Of a stretch of DNA of 64,000 nucleotides, positions 37,935 through 47,626 are shown one piece after another. The DNA is from Terriglobales bacterium (GTDB lineage: Bacteria; Acidobacteriota; Terriglobia; Terriglobales; Acidobacteriaceae): assembly GCA_050010155.1 (NCBI GenBank), contig JBEKLO010000012.1, positions 100-64,099 of the forward strand. Reading direction: 5' to 3'. Below the pieces are notes generated by a model. That model saw nothing but the letters and a program-made list of their open reading frames with translations, did no database searches and had not been told where the DNA came from. The first letter of the stretch is position 1. The number at the start of each line of letters is the position of its first letter. The translations under genes and the position numbers were made by a program.

Positions 37935-38474
37935 TTAAACAACCAGCGTCGGATCGCCCTTCTTCCAGTTGCAGGGGCAGAGCTCGTCGGTCTGCAGCGC
38001 ATCGAGCACGCGCAGAACTTCCTGCGGATTCCGTCCGACCGAAAGGTCGGTCACCATCACAAAACGAATGACGCCCTCCGGGTCGACAACGAACGTGGCA
38101 CGCTGAGCAACGCCCGCATTCAGATCCAGAATGCCGAGAGATTCGCAGAGGTGGCGTTTGATGTCTGAAAGCATCGGGAACGGCAGGTTGTGCAGGTCTT
38201 CGTGGTGCACCCGCCAGGCGCGGTGCACGAACTCGGAGTCGGTGCTGCCGCCCAGGACTTGCGTGTCGCGGTCCAGAAATTCCTTATTCAGCTTGCCGAA
38301 CGCCGCGATTTCCGTGGGACAGACGAAGGTAAAATCCTTGGGCCAGAAGAAATACACTTTCCACTTGCCGGCGAAATCCTGATCGGTAATGGTTTTGAAT
38401 GCTTTGTCACTATTGTCGGTGCTGACGGTAGCGGTCAGCGAGTATGAGGGAAATTGTTCGCCTACGGTTAACAT
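37935..38474 (-). CDS. ahpC: Peroxiredoxin AhpC
   Basis: FFWPKDFTFVCPTEI peroxidatic Cys context, with a resolving Cys near the C-terminus (ELCPCNW). Confidence 0.92.
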   Translation of the reverse strand: MLTVGEQFPSYSLTATVSTDNSDKAFKTITDQDFAGKWKVYFFWPKDFTFVCPTEIAAFGKLNKEFLDRDTQVLGGSTDSEFVHRAWRVHHEDLHNLPFPMLSDIKRHLCESLGILDLNAGVAQRATFVVDPEGVIRFVMVTDLSVGRNPQEVLRVLDALQTDELCPCNWKKGDPTLVV

Positions 38475-38780
38475 TTTTGTTTCTCCTAAGGTTCTTTGTC
38501 TCGAGTCTGAATTTGTTCCTTTACCAAACTGCCTGTGGTCAGAGGGGACACTTCCGGCAACGTAAAATAACCTTACCGAATAGAATTGTTCTGTCTGTGA
38601 TCCGGCTCAACCCAGAGTGTGAGCGGGTGCACATTGAGTGCACGTAGGGAGGATTGACCTTCGACCGAAGTGTTTCCTTGAAATGACCGCCGTCTTCGTC
38701 CACCTATGTTGATGGGTACTACTTAACCCCGGATGCAAATTCTTTAGACGAAAATTGGCTTGCTTCCCGCCATCTGCGCA

Positions 38781-41234
38781 TTAGGTGAGCGAGACCCGAT
38801 CCAACGGTACGATTTCGGCAGTCGGAGGTCCGATCTGTTCCACGGGCACGAGGCTGTTCGGGCTCCATCCGAGTACGTCGTAATAGGTTTTTTCGATCGA
38901 GCGGGCAATTTCCGACCACAGATACTTTCCCTGAGTCCGCTCGTGTTCCCGGATTGCCGACTCGCGCCGAAGTTCGGGATTGTGGACCAGCAGGTCGAGC
39001 ATGCGTTCGAGGTCCGCCTGATCGCCGCGGCGGAACGTGAAGCCAGCACCTTCGATCACCTCTCGATTCTCTGGAATATCGCTGGTCAAGGCGCAAACCC
39101 GGGCAGCCATCGCGTCCAGAAGCGCCAGTGACAATCCCTCAAGCTCCGACGGAAGCACGAACAGAGCTGCATTGGAGAGAAGTTCCTCGAGTTTGCTTCC
39201 CGAGATCCAGGGAAGGAAACGGATCTGGTCCGACTCGTGGCTCCGCAAGCTCTTTACATAGGAATCGGAGTGACTCGACCCTCCTGCCAGGACCAGTTTC
39301 ATGTCGGTCTGGAGATTTTCAAACGCCTTGATCAGCAGGTGGCAGTTTTTCTCCGGCGAAAGCCTCCCTAAGAAAAGCACATAGTTGTCCGGCAGGAGGC
39401 CCCACTCGGCGAGTTGCCCGGTCATACGCCGGAGCGCTGACGTGGCTCCGTTCGGCACGTAAATGGTGTCGCGATCGTACTGCTGCCGGTAGTACCGCTG
39501 TAGGGTGCGCGAGACGACTATCGTGGCATCGGGCAAGGAAACCGCAGCCGCCTCCCCCCAGCGCAACACGCGCTCCGCGATCCGGCCCCACTTGCCGCGC
39601 TGCCAATCCAGCCCCTGCACGGTGACCACGGTCTTCTTTCCCGCAAGCCGGGGGAGAAAAGAAAAGAGCGCTGGTCCCAGGCAGTGGTAATGCACGACGT
39701 CGTAGTCCGAAATCATAGCGTGCGCGGTGCTCAACAGCGTGTGGACGAGCGTTTCCAGATGTTTCGAGCGGATAGTCGGCAACCGCCGCACGCGCATGCC
39801 GTTATGGGTCTTCATGGGAGGAGTGAAGTAAGTGCGGCAATAGACGGTGACTTCGTGTCCCAGGCGCGCCAGTTCATGGCCAGCCTGCTCATAATAGGAT
39901 TCGATCCCACTGTATTTCGAGACCACGCCGCGACCCCCGATGAACGCGACGCGGACGCTGCGTCGGGGCTTCGGAGATGCCGGTGCGACCGGGAAGGGCC
40001 GAAACTTCTTGGCAAACGTTAGCCGACGGTAGAGTTCGAGCAACTTCTCCATGTGCTGTTCGGGATCATGTTTTTCTTTCACGCGACGGCGAGCAGCCGC
40101 TCCCATCTTCGCGATCAGATCGGGTCGGTCAAACAGAAAGCCGATGGAGTGGGCCAGTTCTTCCCGGTCCCCGTCGGTATACAGCAAACCGGTTACTCCA
40201 TGTTCGACGAGTTCACGGCGCGAGCCCAGATCAGAGGCGATGACCGGGCGTCCCCAGGCATAGGACTCCAGGATCGATTTCCCCAAGGTCTCGTAGGCGT
40301 GCGAAGGAAACACCGAGAAGCTGCAACCAGCAACGAGCTTCTGAAGTTTTTCGCCATGCACCATGCCCGCGAACTGAACCTGGTTCAAGTTCAGTTCCCG
40401 TGCCATCTCTTCCAGTCGGGAACGTTCCGGACCGTCTCCCGCAATGACGAGAGGAACGTGCGGCAATCGCACCATCGCGCGTAAAAGCTCATAGATGCCT
40501 TTCTCCGGGGATAGCCGTCCGAAGTAGAGCAGGTATCCTTCATCGCTAGCCAGCTTTTCATCGCCAGGCAGGGTCTGAAAGTGCGGCAAAACTTCAATTC
40601 GCTTTGCAGGTAATCCGCTGTCGATCAGTTTGTTGCGTACGAAGTCGCTGGGAGCCATGAACATGTCCACGCACCGTTCGTAAGTGCGCAACCATTTATG
40701 CAGGTAGGCCTCGACGGCAAGCACCACGGCGCTCGAGCGCGAACCCGAATAGCAGCCTGCCGTGGCGGCATGGTGGAAATTGCCATGACGGCAAAGTTCG
40801 CAGGCGCGGCCATTCGCGACAAAATTGTAAGTTGGACACAAGATCTTGAAATCGTTCAGGTGGTAAAGCACGGGGATCCCCTGGCGCTTCAGTTCCCAAA
40901 GAATCGAGGGCGACAAATGGTGATAGATGCTACGAATATGCGCGAGATCAGGCGAAAAATCGGCCAGACAACTCCGCATGGCGCACCGCGCGGAGGGTGA
41001 ATAGACGGCGTGGGCCGCCATTCCAACCTTCCTCAAAAACCCCGCCTTTGGATCCTTGAAATTAACGTGCGGAACGCAATAGTTGCGCCCGCCGAACGCA
41101 GGCGATTGGCCATGGTCCATGCTGAATAGCGCGGTTTCCTGGCCGCGCTCATCCATGCGCTGCATCAAGTCGAACAAGTACGCTTCCGTGCCGCTAAACC
41201 GATAGTTGTACTTGTTGCAATACAGGATGCGCAT
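38781..41234 (-). CDS. Fused tandem GT4-family glycosyltransferase (two GT-B modules)
   Basis: Module 1 starts at MRILYCNKYNY.... Module 2 starts near VRVAFIGGRGVVSKYSGIESYYE.... Each ends with an E..G....EA-type GT4 C-terminal motif. Start set at ATG 41234, a 41-nt overlap with the upstream GT4. Confidence 0.8.
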   Translation of the reverse strand: MRILYCNKYNYRFSGTEAYLFDLMQRMDERGQETALFSMDHGQSPAFGGRNYCVPHVNFKDPKAGFLRKVGMAAHAVYSPSARCAMRSCLADFSPDLAHIRSIYHHLSPSILWELKRQGIPVLYHLNDFKILCPTYNFVANGRACELCRHGNFHHAATAGCYSGSRSSAVVLAVEAYLHKWLRTYERCVDMFMAPSDFVRNKLIDSGLPAKRIEVLPHFQTLPGDEKLASDEGYLLYFGRLSPEKGIYELLRAMVRLPHVPLVIAGDGPERSRLEEMARELNLNQVQFAGMVHGEKLQKLVAGCSFSVFPSHAYETLGKSILESYAWGRPVIASDLGSRRELVEHGVTGLLYTDGDREELAHSIGFLFDRPDLIAKMGAAARRRVKEKHDPEQHMEKLLELYRRLTFAKKFRPFPVAPASPKPRRSVRVAFIGGRGVVSKYSGIESYYEQAGHELARLGHEVTVYCRTYFTPPMKTHNGMRVRRLPTIRSKHLETLVHTLLSTAHAMISDYDVVHYHCLGPALFSFLPRLAGKKTVVTVQGLDWQRGKWGRIAERVLRWGEAAAVSLPDATIVVSRTLQRYYRQQYDRDTIYVPNGATSALRRMTGQLAEWGLLPDNYVLFLGRLSPEKNCHLLIKAFENLQTDMKLVLAGGSSHSDSYVKSLRSHESDQIRFLPWISGSKLEELLSNAALFVLPSELEGLSLALLDAMAARVCALTSDIPENREVIEGAGFTFRRGDQADLERMLDLLVHNPELRRESAIREHERTQGKYLWSEIARSIEKTYYDVLGWSPNSLVPVEQIGPPTAEIVPLDRVSLT

Positions 41235-42477
41235 AGTTGTTCTCCGTTTGGGGAATGCGAGCCAGGAATTGCTCCGCGAAAGTGCGTAGATTTTGTTGGC
41301 GATTGTAAGAAGCAGCGACACTCGCCGCCGCCGCACGCCGGATTCCGGCCAAGGAGGCCGTATTGGCCTGAATCCAGCTGACGGCGCTGACGAAGTCGGG
41401 CAAGGATCCACACGGGTAAAGAAATCCAGTGCGCTGATGCTCGACCAACTCAGGAATCCCGGTGATCGCCGGAGCCAGCACCAGTTTTTCGTGAGCCATA
41501 GCCTCCATCAGAACTACCGGAATGCCTTCGCTCTTGCTCGTCATAACGACCAGGTCGGCGGAGCGGTAATAGCTCGAAAGATCGCTGCGAGACACGTGGC
41601 CGGTCAGGGTAATTCGACCCTGCAGCTGCAATGACGCAATCTGGTTTTCGAGAGCTCCGCGCTCCGGCCCCTCTCCGACAATCCAGCAGAGAAAATCGAG
41701 GCCCCGGTCGCGAAGCGCAGCGCACCCTTGGATGAGAAAGCGATGATCCTTCACTCCGTGTAGCCGGCCCACGGATAGGAGACAGAACCGCCCCGCTTTC
41801 ACTCGGACGTTCGCTCCGGCTTCCCCGGCGTCGGTGGTATGCGCGACCGCGGAAAGCACGCGATCGACCCCAAGCCGTTGCACCACGACTTTTTCCGGCG
41901 GTGTCGAAGGGTAGCGGTGGAGAATGTACTGGCGGTTATAGTCGGAGACTGTGACACAGAACTGGCAAGCCCGCAGCTTGGCCGAAAGCAGATCCGCGCG
42001 CCGCAGCAGATCGGAGCCATGCAGCGTGAAGCTGAAGCCGATTCCGAGCAGACGGGCCGCGGCTAAGGCCATCCATGAGGCAAAGTATCCGTGATGGGCG
42101 TGGATGTGCTCGACCTCGAGTGCCGCCAGTTGTTCTGCCAGTGCGGCGCCCATTACGGTGTGGCCAAGAGTGCGAACGCGCCGGCCCACAGGCGTTCCAC
42201 GCTCCCACAGCAAGGGCCGTAGCAATTGCCAAAGATTGTGGCGATCGGAGACGAGCCTGCGCACCGCTTTCAAGAGCTCATCGTCAGAGAGCGGCTCGAT
42301 AAAGCGTGTTTCCTTCCAGAAAGCCCGTTCCGCCAGGCTCAGATTATCGGGCGAGACTCGTTTCCCGCTGCAGCAGATCACCTTCGTACCGCGGCGTCGC
42401 AATTCCCGGATTTCATCGATCACGTAGGGTTCAAGCGACGATGGAAACTCGTTGGCGATGTAGGCAATGGTGGTCAT
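41194..42477 (-). CDS. GT4-family glycosyltransferase (WcaL-like)
   Basis: MTTIAYIANEFPSSLEPYV... N-terminus and SEGIPVVLMEAMA GT4 motif. ATGA overlap with the upstream Wzy-like gene. Confidence 0.85.
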   Translation of the reverse strand: MTTIAYIANEFPSSLEPYVIDEIRELRRRGTKVICCSGKRVSPDNLSLAERAFWKETRFIEPLSDDELLKAVRRLVSDRHNLWQLLRPLLWERGTPVGRRVRTLGHTVMGAALAEQLAALEVEHIHAHHGYFASWMALAAARLLGIGFSFTLHGSDLLRRADLLSAKLRACQFCVTVSDYNRQYILHRYPSTPPEKVVVQRLGVDRVLSAVAHTTDAGEAGANVRVKAGRFCLLSVGRLHGVKDHRFLIQGCAALRDRGLDFLCWIVGEGPERGALENQIASLQLQGRITLTGHVSRSDLSSYYRSADLVVMTSKSEGIPVVLMEAMAHEKLVLAPAITGIPELVEHQRTGFLYPCGSLPDFVSAVSWIQANTASLAGIRRAAAASVAASYNRQQNLRTFAEQFLARIPQTENNYAHPVLQQVQLSV

Positions 42478-43772
42478 GCGGCGGACTCCTCGGAGGCGCA
42501 GAGCATTCCGGCAACCGTGAACATGAGTCCAATAACAAACTGGTACGCCATGTCGACGAAGAAAGCATTGAACAGATAAACGCTGAGCAGGATGGGCCAA
42601 ACTTTGCGCAGCGAAGCGATGGGGCCAGACTCACCCGGCGGCCCGTGCCAACAGAGTCGAAAGAGGTTGAAAAAAAGAATGCCGTACAAGGCCAACCCCG
42701 GTACACCGAACTCGACCAGCAACGCGAGGTAAGTGTTGTGCACGTAGAAGGTGCGAAGGTGATAGCCCTCCATGCGGCGAGCTAGTTCGTCATACATGCC
42801 GCCTGCCGCCCAACCGGTGAACGGGCGTTCCTGAAACATCGCCCAGCCGGCCTCGTACACGGCCAGGCGCGCATCGACTGGACCGCGTTCCCCTGTGCGG
42901 TCCCAAAGAGCGTTTTTCAACGAATGGTTGCTGAAGGCGATTGCCATGCCAATCATTAGCCCCGCGACCACCAATACCGTGCATACCGCCAGCAGTCGCC
43001 GTTTGACGAGGCGGAATCCGAGAACGATGGTGGAGACCGCAAACGCGATCCAAACTGCTCGCGTCATGGTGGCCAGCACGGCCAGCGGCAGAGCCAGCCA
43101 TAGCAGGGTGACGACAATTTTGCGTTTATGCGAGAGCGCCAGGGCAAGAATCCCCAGAATGTTCAATGAAACGCCGTTGGCTACCGCCTGCAGAAACGGC
43201 CCGCGAGCCCGGTCTGGATGAAAGCCGAGACTTTCGTCAAGGATGAACCGGGGAAAGATAAGCGCGCGCGCATCGGCGAGGAACGCAATGGCAATGAACG
43301 CGAGGTACCCAAGTGCAACGATAACGAAGATTTCAAAGTGCCTTTGTTGCGATGCACCTCGGAAGACGAGCACCGCGACGTGAAATAGCGCAAACGGAAC
43401 GATGTACTTACTGGCGATGACGCTCCAGATTTGCGCGTCGAATGGCTCCCGAAGCACGCGTAGCACGGCGAGCGACGCCAGGGCGAGCATGGGTAAACTC
43501 AGTCCGGCAAAGAATGGCATTTTTTCGCGAAGCGCCAGAACCCTCAGAGCGACAAAGAAGATCAGAATGCCGAACGCGATGCGGTCCGCATAAAAAGAAA
43601 AAAGGTCAGGCGGCCGAAACAGGAAAACGGTCATCGCCGCCAGGTAAAGAATGGAAGGAAACGCCAAGCCCAAGTGAAAGGGCCGCAGCAGCAGCGCGGC
43701 AACACCCCAAAGCGGATTGTCGTTACTATCCCCGGTTAAAACCAGGGCGCGGCTGCTTAGAGCGTTGTTCAT
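42474..43772 (-). CDS. O-antigen ligase/polymerase-family (Wzy-like) membrane protein
   Basis: About 10-12 TM helices, with a periplasmic loop containing an HNTYLALLVEFG-type Wzy_C motif. Confidence 0.8.
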   Translation of the reverse strand: MNNALSSRALVLTGDSNDNPLWGVAALLLRPFHLGLAFPSILYLAAMTVFLFRPPDLFSFYADRIAFGILIFFVALRVLALREKMPFFAGLSLPMLALASLAVLRVLREPFDAQIWSVIASKYIVPFALFHVAVLVFRGASQQRHFEIFVIVALGYLAFIAIAFLADARALIFPRFILDESLGFHPDRARGPFLQAVANGVSLNILGILALALSHKRKIVVTLLWLALPLAVLATMTRAVWIAFAVSTIVLGFRLVKRRLLAVCTVLVVAGLMIGMAIAFSNHSLKNALWDRTGERGPVDARLAVYEAGWAMFQERPFTGWAAGGMYDELARRMEGYHLRTFYVHNTYLALLVEFGVPGLALYGILFFNLFRLCWHGPPGESGPIASLRKVWPILLSVYLFNAFFVDMAYQFVIGLMFTVAGMLCASEESAA

Positions 43773-43780
43773 GACGAAGC

Positions 43781-45346
43781 TCAGACTCCCTCCGGTGCGA
43801 ACAGCACGCGGACTGTGCTGGCGAGGATGCGCAAATCGAGACGCAGGCTCCAGTTCTCGATGTACGTGAGATCAAGGTGCATGTTGAGCTCGAACGACGG
43901 ACAATCGCGCGCCGTAATCTGCCACAGACCCGTGATGCCGGGTTTCACATCAAGCCGCCGATAGTGGTGAAGCTCGTATTGCTTGACCTCGTCCACAGGA
44001 TGAGGCCGGGGACCAACCAGGCTCATTTCTCCGCGTAGCACGTTCCAGAGTTGCGGCAGTTCGTCGAGGCTGTAGCGGCGGAGGATTCGACCGATGCGGG
44101 TAACTCTAGGGTCGTCGTCAATTTTGAAAATCGGTCCTTCTCTCTGGTTGCGGGCACGCAGGTCCTCCTTCAGGTGATCGGCGTTCGTCACCATGGAGCG
44201 AAACTTGAAGCAACGGAAGCGTCGACCTCTGGCGCCGGTGCGTTCCGCGGAGTAAACGACGGGGCCCGGCGAATCCAGTCGGATGAGTAAGGCCACTATG
44301 GCTAGCAGAGGACTGACCAATACCAGACCGCACGCTGCACCGGTGATATCCAGCAAGCGCTTTAAAAACAAGGTGGCGTCAGGCCATGACTCCCGATGAA
44401 GGGTGACGACCGGCACTTCCCCGATGTGGTCAATGCCGCAATCGGACCACGGGCCCGGAGGAAGATCCGGAACAGCACGAATGTCGAGATGGTTCCGGAA
44501 CGCGATCTCGGCGGCTTCTCGCGCCCGCGTCACCTGTCCGGGAAGAGCGAGAATGACTTCATCGATGAATTCGGCGCGCGCGAGCCAGTCCAGGTCCGCG
44601 ATTCGTCCCAATACGACCGGAGAAAGAGGCAAGTCGTCATCCACAAAGCCGCAGACGTTTGCGCGATGCAAAGGATCGTTGCGCAGCGCCTGGGCGATGG
44701 AGCGGGCCATCGGGCCGCCGCCCACGATGAGAGTCTTGCGCGATTCAGTTTCGCGTCGTCGCCGATGTGATAACGTCCGCTTCAATCGGCGCCATACCAC
44801 CAAGCCGGTCAGACTAGCGGTAAATGCCGTGAAGGCCGCGAGCGGCCGCACTCCGTCCCACCGCGTGCTGAGGACCAGCCCAACGGCGAACAAAGTTGAC
44901 CTCGCCAGAATTGGCACAATCCCGGCCGGATATGGGTCTCCGGCGTTCTTGTAAAGTCCCTCCGAGAATCCGAAAAGTGTGACCAGGACCGCAAAAATTG
45001 GCAGCGACGCCCATGGCAACCCCCAAGCCGGATTGAAGAGTGCCGGCAAGCTGCACACCGCCGCGAGTACCAGTAAATCGGCCGCCACCAACTGAAACAC
45101 CATGAATCGATCGCCGGTGGGATGCGGCAGTAGTTCCTGGATTGGCATCCGCGTCTGTGTCGATCTCGCGGTTTTTTCGTCCGTCACGCTGACTGGGCGC
45201 CGCGGGATCTCCGCGTCCGGAGCGGACTTGTCCGTCAATACCTTGGCGCGCGGCATCGCAGATGTCCCAGGAATCATGCGTGCGTACTGCGAAGGGAAAT
45301 CTTCTTTCCCGGTGTTCCACAGTTGGTTTGTAGTCAATTCGCCCAT
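43781..45346 (-). CDS. Polyprenyl-phosphate glycosyl-phosphotransferase (WbaP/EpsB-type priming sugar transferase)
   Basis: C-terminal FKFRSM...EGPIFKIDDDPRVTRIG...DELPQL...GEMSLVGPRP bacterial sugar transferase signature. Start set at ATG 45346 (MGELTT), 5 nt after the upstream stop. Confidence 0.87.
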   Translation of the reverse strand: MGELTTNQLWNTGKEDFPSQYARMIPGTSAMPRAKVLTDKSAPDAEIPRRPVSVTDEKTARSTQTRMPIQELLPHPTGDRFMVFQLVAADLLVLAAVCSLPALFNPAWGLPWASLPIFAVLVTLFGFSEGLYKNAGDPYPAGIVPILARSTLFAVGLVLSTRWDGVRPLAAFTAFTASLTGLVVWRRLKRTLSHRRRRETESRKTLIVGGGPMARSIAQALRNDPLHRANVCGFVDDDLPLSPVVLGRIADLDWLARAEFIDEVILALPGQVTRAREAAEIAFRNHLDIRAVPDLPPGPWSDCGIDHIGEVPVVTLHRESWPDATLFLKRLLDITGAACGLVLVSPLLAIVALLIRLDSPGPVVYSAERTGARGRRFRCFKFRSMVTNADHLKEDLRARNQREGPIFKIDDDPRVTRIGRILRRYSLDELPQLWNVLRGEMSLVGPRPHPVDEVKQYELHHYRRLDVKPGITGLWQITARDCPSFELNMHLDLTYIENWSLRLDLRILASTVRVLFAPEGV

Positions 45347-45351
45347 AGCAT

Positions 45352-46059
45352 TCACAGGCTCCGGTAGAGGCCTTGCGGCACGGGAAAACGCCGTTCCGCG
45401 AGCACAGTCCCCAGCAGAGGAACTTTTGCCTTCCTGAGCTGATCTTTGATTTGAGCGGCGACGAGGCGTCTGGTTTTGTTGGCGGTCAGTACCAGCACCA
45501 AGCCATCGCAACTTCGGCCAATACTTGCGGTAAGCCAGGAGACGGGCGCACACCACAAAATGGAAAAATCGAATTCCGCCGTGAGTTCACGAAGCCGCGA
45601 TAAGTCCTGTTCGGTAATCCGCCGCCCAGAGGCGTCAACCAGCCAACTTTCGCGAGGGACCATCCACAACCGTGGCGCCATCGGCCAGTTGGCCTCCGCG
45701 CGATTGGGAGATGGAATCTGCAGTTGACTTTGCAGGAGGATCCCACTCGGGTTGGCATCGATCAACCCGACGTCGCGCCGGTCTTCTGCCGCTAGAGCTT
45801 GGGCGACCTCGAGGCAGAGTGTCGCAGTCGCGGTGGATGGCTCGACCGCCGCGAATCCAACATGCCGGACCGACCCCGATTCATGCCGGAAGAAAAGTTG
45901 TTGCGTCAGCGTCTGAATCTGCTCCTCGTGAAGCCGCGTTGCCCTGTCAACTGCCGTGCGCTGGCTATGTTCGCGAACCTGGGTCTCGCGCACCGAAGCC
46001 CCACGCGGCTGCGCAGGCCCAACTGGTGTTTCGGTAAGAAGCCCGAGGAGAGTGCTCAC
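45352..46059 (-). CDS. BY-kinase/MinD-like protein lacking a Walker A P-loop and a C-terminal Tyr cluster
   Basis: Position and layout match the CpsD/Wzc kinase domain (…VGLIDAN…, DFSILWCAPV, DGLVLVLTANKT), but GxxGxGKS is replaced by VEPSTATATL. GTGA overlap with the PCP gene. Confidence 0.55.
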   Translation of the reverse strand: MSTLLGLLTETPVGPAQPRGASVRETQVREHSQRTAVDRATRLHEEQIQTLTQQLFFRHESGSVRHVGFAAVEPSTATATLCLEVAQALAAEDRRDVGLIDANPSGILLQSQLQIPSPNRAEANWPMAPRLWMVPRESWLVDASGRRITEQDLSRLRELTAEFDFSILWCAPVSWLTASIGRSCDGLVLVLTANKTRRLVAAQIKDQLRKAKVPLLGTVLAERRFPVPQGLYRSL

Positions 46060-47576
46060 TGAGTCACCACCTTGGGCCGACCGATCCGGGATGTGAACGG
46101 ACGTAAAACCGCAGGCTCAGGCGCTGGCAGCCATGCCAGCACCGGCGCTTCCATTAGGCTGTATGCTTCGTCCGGCGTGCGAATCGTGGGGTCAAAGTAC
46201 TCGGTTGTAAAGGCGATACCGACGCTGCACGCCGTGGCCAATCCGAAAGCGAGCACGAAATAAAGAAAAATGGAGTGCTCAGGCAGGACTGGGGCTACCG
46301 GCGCTTCCACAATCGCCACATTAAGGATGCGACTTTCATCCAGCGCGTCGCCGATCCGCGCTTCCTCGCGCTTGTGAAGGTAAAGCAGGTAGCTGTCTTC
46401 GTCGGACTTGGCTGCCCGCATCAGATCCTCTTGATCTACCGAATCGGATTGCAGTTGCTGAGCGATCTTGCGCAAAGCTGCAACCTGAACGGCAGCATCG
46501 GATTGCCGTGCCCTCAGGCCGTTCCCCTGCACCTCGGCCTTTTCCATCTCCATGCGCGCCCATTCATAGTTCGGATCTTTGTCAGTGGTTTCGTCGCGCA
46601 CCGGAGTGAGCGCTTCCGCCGCAATCGAGGCTTGCGTGTCCGCGATTTCTTTTTCCACTTCCTGCACCAGTCGGTAGGACGGCTCAAAGCGCGTGAGAAG
46701 CTCAGTGCGCTTGAGTTGCAGCTCCAGAAGGTGCGTTTTCATTTTTTCGAGAACCTCCGGATTGTCGGCCCAGCGCTTGAGGGTGACCGACCGCGAAGGA
46801 AACAATTTGAGCTGTTCGCCGAGCGACGCGATCCGGTGCTCGGTCTCGACCCGATCCTGGTCGATTTGCCGGTAGGCTGCGTCCGCTTCGCCCAGCTTCT
46901 GCAGCGCAATATCCCGTTGCAGCGCCGCCGATACCACTCCCCGAGAACGAGTAAATTGCACAAGTTCGCTTTCGGATTGATGCAGTTTCTTTTCGTAGGC
47001 CGCGGTTTGCTCGTCGAAAAACTGAATCTCCCCCGGCGGCCGCTGCAGATTCGTGTGCCGTTGCACATAGAGCGTAGAAAGCGCCGCCAGTACACGGGCG
47101 GCGCGCTCTGCACTGGTGTCCTTATAGCTGACCTGGATCAGGTTGGACTTTTTCAGCGCTTCCACATTCAGGCGACGCGACAGTTTGCGAACGGCGTGTT
47201 CGACCTCGGCTGGACGTTCCGAGTCCGGAGTGTCCGCGGGAATAATCCCGGCCAGTTTCACAACCTGCTTCAACAGATCCTCGTCGCGCAAGAGTTCGAC
47301 CTCGGAATTCAGTTCTTCCTCGGTAATGTCGGGGCGCGTGAAATCCATAGGACTGGCGGGCTGGGAAGAGGCGACGGGATCATAGCGACCCCGGCGCAAC
47401 AGCACCATGAAGTGCGATTCATAGCGCGCCGAGAAAACGACGAAGAGCATCGTAGCCAGCAACAAGAACGCAAAAGAAGCTGCGACAAGTCGCGGACGCC
47501 GGAACAGCATGGCCGCAAGTTCCCGGGGAGTAGGAGAAAGAGTGCTGCGCGAGCTTGCGATCAATTCGTTGGCCAT
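46056..47576 (-). CDS. Polysaccharide co-polymerase (Wzz/GumC-type chain-length determinant)
   Basis: N-terminal TM helix, long coiled-coil periplasmic region and C-terminal TM helix. Wzz-like N-terminal segment. Confidence 0.8.
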   Translation of the reverse strand: MANELIASSRSTLSPTPRELAAMLFRRPRLVAASFAFLLLATMLFVVFSARYESHFMVLLRRGRYDPVASSQPASPMDFTRPDITEEELNSEVELLRDEDLLKQVVKLAGIIPADTPDSERPAEVEHAVRKLSRRLNVEALKKSNLIQVSYKDTSAERAARVLAALSTLYVQRHTNLQRPPGEIQFFDEQTAAYEKKLHQSESELVQFTRSRGVVSAALQRDIALQKLGEADAAYRQIDQDRVETEHRIASLGEQLKLFPSRSVTLKRWADNPEVLEKMKTHLLELQLKRTELLTRFEPSYRLVQEVEKEIADTQASIAAEALTPVRDETTDKDPNYEWARMEMEKAEVQGNGLRARQSDAAVQVAALRKIAQQLQSDSVDQEDLMRAAKSDEDSYLLYLHKREEARIGDALDESRILNVAIVEAPVAPVLPEHSIFLYFVLAFGLATACSVGIAFTTEYFDPTIRTPDEAYSLMEAPVLAWLPAPEPAVLRPFTSRIGRPKVVTQ

Positions 47577-47626
47577 GAGTCGGTAAAGCGGTCGGTCTCT
47601 GTGTTCTTTCTCCCTGCAACCCTGCT

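Noticed and set aside
38627-38643. GTGCAC-ATTGA-GTGCAC palindromic pair upstream of ahpC as an OxyR/PerR site
   Set aside because: It lies about 150 bp from the ahpC start and matches neither the OxyR tetranucleotide pattern nor a Per box. It is recorded only as a minor palindrome.
41235-41411. 59-codon N-terminal extension of the fused GT4 ORF
   Set aside because: The extension lies inside the upstream GT4 coding region and is Pro/Arg/Ser-rich. GT4 enzymes typically start at the MRILY-type beta strand.
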